From Oscillospiraceae bacterium (GTDB taxonomy: Bacteria; Bacillota; Clostridia; Oscillospirales; Ruminococcaceae), in assembly GCA_009782665.1 (NCBI GenBank), contig WRIP01000001.1, positions 1 through 32,459 of the forward strand: DNA of 32,459 nucleotides. The letters are read 5' to 3'. A model generated the notes under the pieces. It was not told the DNA's origin. It was given only the letters and a program-made list of their open reading frames with translations, and did not search any database. Shown piece by piece: positions 20,538 to 28,083 of this stretch (positions are counted from its first letter, which is position 1; each line of letters opens with the position of its first letter). Made by a program: the position numbers and the translations under genes.

Positions 20538-20781
20538 AGTATCCTCCTAGTCAGTTATCTGCTATGTATACATATATTATACATATATACATCGGTATTT
20601 ACAGAAATTCATCATATATTCGAGATTACAGCAGCGAGATATCTACACGAAGAATCTAGAATCGGAAAACAGGGCGAAATCTGTATTGCATTTTATACTC
20701 TCAGATGATAAGATATAGCTTGCTAACACCGATTATACATATTTCCCATAGGTATAATCTAGACAAAAGGAGGTGGAATTC

Positions 20782-21036
20782 TTGGCCAACATTAAGTCAC
20801 AGAAAAAGAGAGTCTTAACCAACGCAAAAGCTACCGCACGCAATAAGGCGGTCAGAACCAACCTTAAGACATCCATAAAGAAGGCGAACGCCGCTCTTTC
20901 CGACGGGACTGCCGATCGGGATAAGGTGGTAGCTGACACTTACAGCGTTATCGATAAAGCTGCAAAAAAAGGCATTATTCACAAGAAGACAGCCGCGCGT
21001 AAAAAAGCGTCTATTGCAAAAAAATCAGTGATTTAG
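20782..21036 (+). CDS. rpsT: 30S ribosomal protein S20
   Basis: (M)ANIKSQKKRVLTNAKATARNKAVRTNLKTSIKK... is the canonical S20 N-terminus. TTG start at 20782 with GGAGG (20769..20773) 8 nt upstream. The track start at 20773 (GTG) lies inside the SD. Confidence 0.93.
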   Translation: MANIKSQKKRVLTNAKATARNKAVRTNLKTSIKKANAALSDGTADRDKVVADTYSVIDKAAKKGIIHKKTAARKKASIAKKSVI

Positions 21037-21042
21037 TATTAG

Positions 21043-21077
21043 AGCTTCATCCTGCGATGAAGCTTTATTATTCTTGT
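21043..21077 (+). terminator. Rho-independent terminator after rpsT
   Basis: AGCTTCATC (21044..21052) pairs with GATGAAGCT (21057..21065) around a 4-nt loop CTGC. The T-rich tail TTATTATTCTT follows. Confidence 0.75.
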
Positions 21078-21121
21078 ATCTTCCCGTATGCTCGAAGACT
21101 GCCTCGAGGAGGAGCAGAAAG

Positions 21122-21991
21122 ATGAAAAAATCATCTAAAAAATCATCCCTGCCCTATCTACTGTTAGCTGGTGCCGGTGCTGCATATTTCATCAGACAGT
21201 TGCTCCATGTTTCTCTGACCCGACATACTGTGGAAAGTGAAAAGATACCGGCTGCTTTTGACGGATATAAGGTACTGCATCTGTCGGATCTCCACAACAA
21301 CCGTCTCCTATGTCGTGACGATCGTTTGCTGGAACGAATTAAGCGCTTGTCACCGGATATTATCGTCTTTACCGGCGATATCATCGATAGTCTAATACCT
21401 CAGATCGAGTTAGCCTCTGATTTCGCGTCTAAGCTGACCAAGATCTGTGATGTTTACTATGCTCCAGGTAACCATGAGGCACGGATAGCGCAACGCGATA
21501 TCCTGTTTCGTCAATTGAAGAATGCCGGAGTGAAGATGCTCTTTGACAGTCGTGAAGAGATAGAAAAAGGCGGCGATATCATTACCGTGACCGGTCTGAT
21601 GGATCCCAAATTCGAACGCGGAAGTATTATCAGAAAAACCCACGATAACATGCATATTACATTGAAACTCAGGGAGCTGTCACCTATCGACGAAACAAAA
21701 TATAATATATTGTTATCACATAAACCCGAGCATTTTTCCATCTATGCCAACTATCATTACGACCTCATAATGTCGGGACATGCGCATGGAGGACAGTGGC
21801 GGTTCCCGTTTTTCGGTGCGGTATTCTCTCCGGGACAGGGACTGTTCCCCGCATATACCTCCGGTATGTATACGACCAGGGATTCGACTCTCATCGTCAG
21901 CCGGGGTCTAGGTAACACCAAGTTACCACTGAGAATAAACAATCCATTTGAGTTAGTCTTAGTAACCCTTAAGAAAACCGAACCCGTCTAG
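21122..21991 (+). CDS. Membrane-anchored calcineurin-like metallophosphoesterase (YkuE-like)
   Basis: LHLSDLHNN...FTGDIID...GNHE...LSHKPE...SGHAHGGQ are metallophosphoesterase motifs, preceded by an N-terminal basic stretch and a TM. I prefer the ATG at 21122 (GGAGGAG 7 nt upstream) over the track start at 21074, which lies in the rpsT terminator tail. Confidence 0.87.
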   Translation: MKKSSKKSSLPYLLLAGAGAAYFIRQLLHVSLTRHTVESEKIPAAFDGYKVLHLSDLHNNRLLCRDDRLLERIKRLSPDIIVFTGDIIDSLIPQIELASDFASKLTKICDVYYAPGNHEARIAQRDILFRQLKNAGVKMLFDSREEIEKGGDIITVTGLMDPKFERGSIIRKTHDNMHITLKLRELSPIDETKYNILLSHKPEHFSIYANYHYDLIMSGHAHGGQWRFPFFGAVFSPGQGLFPAYTSGMYTTRDSTLIVSRGLGNTKLPLRINNPFELVLVTLKKTEPV

Positions 21992-22012
21992 AAAAAACCG
22001 GGGATATATAAA

Positions 22013-22055
22013 AAGCTCATCCGACGCTTTTTTCGTCGGTGAGCTTAATCTTTGT
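22013..22055 (+). terminator. Hairpin terminator after the metallophosphoesterase gene, possibly bidirectional
   Basis: Arms 22013..22026 and 22034..22046 (AAGCTCA-t-CCGACG / CGTCGG-TGAGCTT) form 13 bp with a 1-nt bulge and a loop of CTTTTTT. The downstream tail is moderately T-rich (TAATCTTTGTTTAT). Confidence 0.6.
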
Positions 22056-22093
22056 TTATCGTAAAACCGTACCCGAGTTATGGTGTAATTCTT

Positions 22094-22161
22094 CACCCAT
22101 CGACCGATATGGTTTTTTGTGAGCATATCTCGGTTACCTAAACTATCGATGATACTCCAAA
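22094..22161 (-). pseudogene. Relic of the 3' end of an N-acetyl sugar amidotransferase-like gene
   Basis: A 68-nt ungapped match (57/68 identical by my count) to 23533..23600. Its minus-strand translation IWSIIDSLGNRDMLTKNHIGRWV parallels FWSIIDSFYNRDIFEKDDIGRWV of the intact gene. An in-frame TAG (complement of 22166..22168) lies immediately upstream, and there is no start codon. Confidence 0.55.
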
Positions 22162-22276
22162 TAGTCTATAAACAATAATGGAGTTTGCGCTATATATTCA
22201 ATCACCTCTGGCTGATTGGTATAAACTATACATATTGAATCAAGATGGACACAAGTATTAAGTAGGAGGAAAAATC

Positions 22277-23326
22277 ATGACCTGTAAAGAAAGAGTTAAG
22301 GCTGCATTTTCATATATGAAACCGGATAGAGTACCTGTTTTTGCAGAATTTGTTCCGGAGGTCAGGGAAAAACTATATGAGTACTTTGGTGTGAACGATC
22401 CACACCAGCTCGGAGTAATCATCGGAAATGACATGTTGATGCATACCGAAGGAATTCAAAACAGCTATTATGGTCCACAAGAGGAATACACATGTCGTTG
22501 GGGAATTAAGTGGAAATATTTCGATAACCCTTCGGGACGATATACTGAGATGATAGAAAGACCGTTATCAGATGATCCAGACGGTAAAAAACTCCTTGCA
22601 TATACCATTCCTGATCCAACTGATGAATCAATTTATCTGCCATTCAGAGAGTTAGTTAAGAAATATGGGAATGACTACTTCATCTGCGGATCTCTGGCAT
22701 GCACTATCTTTGAGAGTTCATGGTATCTGCACGGTCTTGAAGAGACTATAATCGATATGGTTTTACGTCCTGAATATATGGGTGAACTGTTTGACAAGGT
22801 TATGCAGTTTCCTCTCTTGGTCGGACTACAAATGATAGATGAAGGTGCAGATATGATCTGGCTAGGAGATGATATAGGTACTCAAGATAAAATGATGCTC
22901 TCCCCAACTCTTTGGAGAGAGACGCTAAAACCTCGATTGGCAAAGATTATAACTGCATATAAAGAGCGTAACCCTGACATTATCGTCGCTTATCACAGCT
23001 GTGGATATATTGAACCCGTCATCGAAGATCTGATAGATATTGGTGTCGATGTGTTAAATCCCGTACAACCTCATGCAATGGATCCTGCAATATTGAAAAA
23101 GAAATATGGAAATCGACTCTCCTTCTGGGGATCAATAGATATACAGTATGTGTTACCACACGGAACAAAGGACGATATATATGACGAAGTCTCATTGAGG
23201 ATGCAAACTATTGGTAAAGATGGCGGACTGCTAATGGGACCGGCTCATAATATTCAAGCAGACACAAGCATAGAAAACATCCTTGCTTTTTATGAAGCAG
23301 CCAAAGAATTAGGCAAATATGATTAG
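22277..23326 (+). CDS. Uroporphyrinogen-decarboxylase (URO-D) family protein, MtaA/CmuA-like methyltransferase type
   Basis: 349 aa, with AGGAGGA RBS. ...KPDRVPV......MIWLGDDIGTQDKMMLSP..WRE.LKPR...I......IVAYHSCGYI...I.DLIDIGVDVLNPVQP is typical of this family, including the H-x-C motif. The substrate cannot be called. Confidence 0.8.
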   Translation: MTCKERVKAAFSYMKPDRVPVFAEFVPEVREKLYEYFGVNDPHQLGVIIGNDMLMHTEGIQNSYYGPQEEYTCRWGIKWKYFDNPSGRYTEMIERPLSDDPDGKKLLAYTIPDPTDESIYLPFRELVKKYGNDYFICGSLACTIFESSWYLHGLEETIIDMVLRPEYMGELFDKVMQFPLLVGLQMIDEGADMIWLGDDIGTQDKMMLSPTLWRETLKPRLAKIITAYKERNPDIIVAYHSCGYIEPVIEDLIDIGVDVLNPVQPHAMDPAILKKKYGNRLSFWGSIDIQYVLPHGTKDDIYDEVSLRMQTIGKDGGLLMGPAHNIQADTSIENILAFYEAAKELGKYD

Positions 23327-23502
23327 AGCTCTCCCTTTATGTTTCAACTCAATATTCAAGTCAAAATTCTGAGCGTAAGAGATAATCAACAAAAATCCTC
23401 TACTTCTCTGGTTTCTTTATAACACTTAGTTTCTCAATATCCAAAATGATAACGCCGGATATCTTAACCAAGTTTACCATGTTAACCAAAACATCTACTC
23501 GT

Positions 23503-24621
23503 CTATGATGACTGCGTCAAGGGGTTTTTCAACACCCATCGACCGATATCGTCTTTTTCAAAAATATCTCGGTTATAGAAACTATCGATGATGCTCCAAA
23601 ACTCGGTATCGGAATATCCTAGAAACTTACAGAAGTCTGCGACCGAACGCGAGTCTAGGTCATGGTCCCGTTTGTTGACCAGCTCAATAGCCGCATCCCT
23701 CGTCATCAGTCCGTAACGAATAGCTCTCGAGCAATAATCGGTAGCGGATGCGTGACCGAACTTAGGATACTTCATCCAGCTGTGTACTAAATACGCAGGA
23801 GAATCTATTTGATCGAAGTTTTCCACATGATGTGAACGATCCCATTCATGTGACAAATCATGAAATCCGCGAGATTTAGCAAACTGATAGTTGCGATAGG
23901 AATTCCATTCCATAAAATAGCTGAGGTAGAAAACATCAAGTTGCTCAAGCTGTTCTGGCTCGGGAGCTAGTGTCAACTGCAGTTCCTTTTCGGTTACTCC
24001 CTCTCCTATTAACTCTTCAAGCGGTATTCCGATTGCAACACCGTTATTTATCTGTTCTTTAGCGGAGTATGTTTCGACATCATCTACACCGCCATACTCA
24101 TAGCTGACATTCTCGCCGTAACAGAGCAGTGGTGTATTGAACTTCAACGCCATATGAAGCGGATATGTATAGAGTAACCGGTCGATGATCCAGGTGGGTT
24201 TACCATACTTCTCGAAGGTTTTTCTCATGATCGTCTTCTGTGTACGTATGTCAGGTTTGCATGAAATAATGGTACAACCGAACGTCTCACTGATATTCTG
24301 CAGGTTATGTTTACCAGCATCGGTCATGGGAAAGTTGTCTTCGACGGTATATAAAATGGGATTCATACCCATAACTTCCTTCAGCATATGTACCTGATAA
24401 TGACTATCTTTACCTCCTGACACCGCAACAGCACAGTCATATCCGTTCTCACCGTTCATACCGCGATATTTGTTACACAATGCTTCAAATTCTTTAAAAC
24501 GTGCATCATAATCTACATCTTTACGCATATCATAATGATTACAGGCACAGCAGACACCGTTTTGATCAAACATTATCCCGGGACGGGTATCAGGCATTAC
24601 ACACTTTTTGCAGTATTTCAT
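23503..24621 (-). CDS. N-acetyl sugar amidotransferase (PP-loop ATP-pyrophosphatase family, WbuX/PseA-like)
   Basis: 372 aa. An N-terminal Cys cluster MKYCKKCVMPDTRPGIMFDQNGVCCACNHY and the PP-loop motif AVSGGKDS. Length and layout match this family. Confidence 0.85.
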   Translation of the reverse strand: MKYCKKCVMPDTRPGIMFDQNGVCCACNHYDMRKDVDYDARFKEFEALCNKYRGMNGENGYDCAVAVSGGKDSHYQVHMLKEVMGMNPILYTVEDNFPMTDAGKHNLQNISETFGCTIISCKPDIRTQKTIMRKTFEKYGKPTWIIDRLLYTYPLHMALKFNTPLLCYGENVSYEYGGVDDVETYSAKEQINNGVAIGIPLEELIGEGVTEKELQLTLAPEPEQLEQLDVFYLSYFMEWNSYRNYQFAKSRGFHDLSHEWDRSHHVENFDQIDSPAYLVHSWMKYPKFGHASATDYCSRAIRYGLMTRDAAIELVNKRDHDLDSRSVADFCKFLGYSDTEFWSIIDSFYNRDIFEKDDIGRWVLKNPLTQSS

Positions 24622-25138
24622 ATTGTCTCCCAGCTTCCTTTTGAATATGTATCAATATATCACAGTAACCGAATCTATTGCAAATATGATTGAAGTATAC
24701 TTTCTGTAAACGAGAAAGTACATTACTGAGTTTACTCTTTAGTAACATACCATTCTGAGGTTTTATGGGATCCTCTGAGAAATATAGTCATTTGGTATGT
24801 TCTGTTGCAACTAATTAACCTTCATGAGAGAAGCCATATGAGAGTATCGATAGAAACCCACCTACATTACCTCTTTAAGGTATATGCCTCGCTGCAAATA
24901 GGTGATATGAGCTATAATAGTTTCATAGAATAAAGAAGGGGACAGATCAGAGTTCAAGGGTTTACTCATACATACGCCAGGTTTATCCAGAAGCCTCATT
25001 TAGTAGTGTTGACTGCAATGTACTTTTGACAGAATCTAATTCACATGCGTCAGTATTGGATAAATCAGTATTAAATCGAGAAGATATTTGAGTATTTCAT
25101 TTATGAGCTCAATTGGTGTTCGCTTTTTTAAAGAAGGG

Positions 25139-25167
25139 TTGAATAAAGGTCTATACTTTTGTATATA
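25139..25167 (+). promoter_or_regulatory. Candidate sigma-A promoter for proBA
   Basis: TTGAAT (25139..25144), a 17-nt spacer, then TATATA (25162..25167), 47 nt upstream of the proB ATG. Sequence match only. Confidence 0.35.
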
Positions 25168-25214
25168 TGTTTACAGTGTGATATACTCTGTCTAGATTTT
25201 TTTGTGGTGATGAT

Positions 25215-26015
25215 ATGAACAAGTATAAAAGAATTGTAATAAAGATAGGGTCCTCAACCTTGACCCACCAAACTGGGATGCTCAATCTACGTCAGATCGA
25301 GAGCATCGTCAAGATACTGTCAGATATCAAGAACAGTGGTGTAGAGCTGGTGTTTGTTACCTCTGGAGCCATTCCGGTCGGATACTCCAAATTGGGGTTT
25401 CAGACTAAACCCGAGGATATGGCATCAAAACAGGCTGCTGCTGCGGTCGGACAATGTGAACTGATGTATATGTATGACAAACTCTTCTCGGAGTTTGGTC
25501 ATATTGTGTCTCAGGTACTGCTGACCAACGACGATTTCATTGACGAGAAACGCAGAAGATATGTGGAAAATACCCTCAGCCGATTGATTGAACTGGGATG
25601 TATCCCCATAATTAATGAGAATGACACCGTCTCTGTCAAGGAGATTGAGGTCGGTGTTTTCAGTGAGAACGACGAACTGTCCGCTATCGTATGTCAGCTC
25701 ATAAAGGCGGATCTGTTGGTCTTGGTCAGTGACATTGATGGGCTTTACGACAGCGATCCAAAAGCAAACCAGAATGCTAACCTAATTCCAGTGGTAGCGG
25801 ATATCGAAGAGGTACAACAGTATGCCTCTGGCAGCTACTCTAAATTGGGTACTGGTGGTATGAATACCAAGATTAAGGCTGCATCGCTGGTAACCAACTC
25901 AGGATCTGATGCAGTAATTCTCAACGGAAACGACCCGATGAATTTCTATCTAGCAGTAGAGGGTAAATCGGTCGGTACTTTTTTCCCGGCCAAGAAAGGA
26001 ACCACACAGCAATGA
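25215..26015 (+). CDS. proB: Glutamate 5-kinase (short form without a PUA domain)
   Basis: 266 aa. RIVIKIGSSTLT...VTSGA...GQ..LM..Y...F........QVLLT..D.......Y.N......LL..G.IPIINENDTV...E...GDND.LSA.V..L..ADLL..LSD..GLY..DP. Confidence 0.94.
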   Translation: MNKYKRIVIKIGSSTLTHQTGMLNLRQIESIVKILSDIKNSGVELVFVTSGAIPVGYSKLGFQTKPEDMASKQAAAAVGQCELMYMYDKLFSEFGHIVSQVLLTNDDFIDEKRRRYVENTLSRLIELGCIPIINENDTVSVKEIEVGVFSENDELSAIVCQLIKADLLVLVSDIDGLYDSDPKANQNANLIPVVADIEEVQQYASGSYSKLGTGGMNTKIKAASLVTNSGSDAVILNGNDPMNFYLAVEGKSVGTFFPAKKGTTQQ

Positions 26016-27253
26016 CGGTATTACAGCTGGGCGAAGCCGCTAAGGCTGCCAAATCTCAAATAGCAAACGCTGACAGTAGACTTAAGGATATCGTGCTTAA
26101 AACCATTGCAAAACTTCTGGTTGAGAACACCAATGCAATTCTTGCTGCAAACAAAACAGATTTAGCAAATGCCGCAGATAATGGTATCGGTGAGGTCATG
26201 AGTGACCGCTTGCGGTTAACCGAATCAAGAATCAACAATATGGCGAATGCATTGATCAAGATGGCAGATCTTGAGGATCCAGTCGGTATCTTTGAAGGTG
26301 GAAGCACCCGTCCTAACGGACTAAAGATAATGCATAAGCGGGTACCAATCGGTGTCGTTGCACTCATCTATGAAAGCCGACCCAACGTAACTATCGATGC
26401 TGCATGTCTGTGCATTAAAGCCGGCAATGCCGTCTTACTTCGCGGTGGAAAAGAGGCCATCCACTCAAATATTGCATTGGTAGACACTATCAAGCAAGGT
26501 CTTAGAGCACATGGTCTATCGGAAGATATCGTAGGACTGGTACTCGATACCACACGTGAGTCTGCCAAGCAGCTCATGGAACTCACTGGATATGTGGATC
26601 TGTTGATTCCCCGAGGGAACAAATCACTGATTGAGTCAACCACCCTGAATGCTAAAGTTCCTGTGGTGGAGACAGGTGCAGGAAACTGTCATGTCTATGT
26701 AGATGAGTTTGCGGATATTGAGATGGCTCTTAGTATTGCGGATAATGCCAAGACACAACGCCCATCAGTCTGTAATTCTGCTGAAACACTATTGGTACAT
26801 CGCTCAATAGCAGATGATTTTCTGCCGCGTATCTATGAGCGAATCGGAAACATTGTTGAGTTTCGAGGAGATGACGATGTCAGACAGATCCTACCCGGTA
26901 TATCGGAAGCCACCGAGGAGGATTGGTATATCGAATACAACGACTATATCTATGCAGTACACATCGTAGATACATTGAATGAAGCAATCAAGCATATCGA
27001 AAAATATGGCACCCACAACAGCGATGCCATAATTACCGAGAATGTTGTGAATGCAGACGTGTTTTTAAGCAACGTCGATTCCGCTGCTGTATATTTGAAC
27101 ACCTCTACCCGGTTTACCGACGGAGAAGAATTCGGTCTCTCGGCAGAGATCGGTGTATCCACCAGTAAAATACATGCCCGAGGTCCAATGGGACTGAAGG
27201 CATTAACCACTACAAAAACCATTGTCTTAGGCAACGGACAGATACGAGAATAG
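26012..27253 (+). CDS. proA: Gamma-glutamyl phosphate reductase
   Basis: 413 aa. ...PIGVV..IYESRPNVT.DAA.LC.K.GNA..LRGG.EA..SN....TQRPSVCNS.ETLLVH......HNSDAIITEN......F...VDSAAVY.N.STRFTDG..FG.GAE.G.ST.K.HARGPMGL. Its ATG overlaps the proB stop (ATGA). Confidence 0.95.
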   Translation: MTVLQLGEAAKAAKSQIANADSRLKDIVLKTIAKLLVENTNAILAANKTDLANAADNGIGEVMSDRLRLTESRINNMANALIKMADLEDPVGIFEGGSTRPNGLKIMHKRVPIGVVALIYESRPNVTIDAACLCIKAGNAVLLRGGKEAIHSNIALVDTIKQGLRAHGLSEDIVGLVLDTTRESAKQLMELTGYVDLLIPRGNKSLIESTTLNAKVPVVETGAGNCHVYVDEFADIEMALSIADNAKTQRPSVCNSAETLLVHRSIADDFLPRIYERIGNIVEFRGDDDVRQILPGISEATEEDWYIEYNDYIYAVHIVDTLNEAIKHIEKYGTHNSDAIITENVVNADVFLSNVDSAAVYLNTSTRFTDGEEFGLSAEIGVSTSKIHARGPMGLKALTTTKTIVLGNGQIRE

Positions 27254-27269
27254 ATAAAGAGGCAGCTGT

Positions 27270-28001
27270 ATGGCAAGAGCTTTAGCAACCAGAGAACAAC
27301 GTATCAAACGGCGTAAACGCCTTCGCAGAAAAACCATCGGGGTAGTGTTCCTATTGTTTGCTGTGATAGGTGCAGGCTTTATCATAAGCCTCATAATAGG
27401 TCGGGTTAACGTAGCACTAGATGATACCGATGAAAAAAGAGATTATGAGATCCTCTTTTCAGCGTTGGTGTCGATGGATCCTGCTGACTTTTCTAGTATT
27501 CTCAATGCGGATCCAAAAAAACTGAAGGAAGCAGCCATACTCACCACAATAGAGATGGAAAACCTATTCAAGTATGAGAGTGATGAGTTCGGTTACACAT
27601 ATATACCCACCACCGATATTGACCGATATACCATCAAACTGTTCGGACCCAACATACAGTTAGAGAACGCGACCTTCGGGCAACAAGGACTAATAGCTCC
27701 GGGAGGTGACGGCATCGACTATACCGGCTATCTGTATATACCGGAACGAGAAGCATATCTAGTACCCCCTACCAGCAGTGCGGGAGGATACTTCCCGAGA
27801 GTTGATGCTATTACCCGAAGGGGTAACACGAAGATACTGACCATAGCATATATGCAGCTACCCGACTCACAGACACAAACCTCCTCGATCATGGGTACGG
27901 TCGAACCGGTAATAGTCAAATATCGCGAGTATGTACTACTAAAAGATGGAAAGGACTTCTATCTGTATTCCATCAGAATCCCCGAATCGCAACAGGCATA
28001 A
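27270..28001 (+). CDS. Hypothetical membrane-anchored protein (basic N-terminus, one TM, roughly 190-aa extracytoplasmic domain)
   Basis: 243 aa, with AAGAGG RBS, starting 16 nt after proA. MARALATREQRIKRRKRLRRK, then the TM IGVVFLLFAVIGAGFIISLIIG. I recognise no family. Confidence 0.7.
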   Translation: MARALATREQRIKRRKRLRRKTIGVVFLLFAVIGAGFIISLIIGRVNVALDDTDEKRDYEILFSALVSMDPADFSSILNADPKKLKEAAILTTIEMENLFKYESDEFGYTYIPTTDIDRYTIKLFGPNIQLENATFGQQGLIAPGGDGIDYTGYLYIPEREAYLVPPTSSAGGYFPRVDAITRRGNTKILTIAYMQLPDSQTQTSSIMGTVEPVIVKYREYVLLKDGKDFYLYSIRIPESQQA

Positions 28002-28083
28002 ACCCATATGCTACATAAATATACCTATCCAGCAAAGCTCATTGGCATATCAGATTGATCATGACGACAACGCGAAGAACCGT

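Noticed and set aside
20561-20592. TATACATATAT-type direct repeat/AT-rich near-palindrome upstream of the MOSC gene
   Set aside because: It is low-complexity TA-rich promoter DNA and not a true palindrome when checked base by base. It probably just contains the -10 region (TATAAT on the minus strand).
24950-25214. T-box or other leader control of proBA, as in some Bacilli
   Set aside because: I could not find the conserved T-box sequence (AANNNGGGTGGTACCGCG-like) or a terminator/antiterminator pair upstream of proB.
26056-27288. Minus-strand ORFs 26056-26367, 26368-26643 and 26950-27288
   Set aside because: They are antisense shadows inside proA and the start of the next gene. The proA translation carries canonical motifs.
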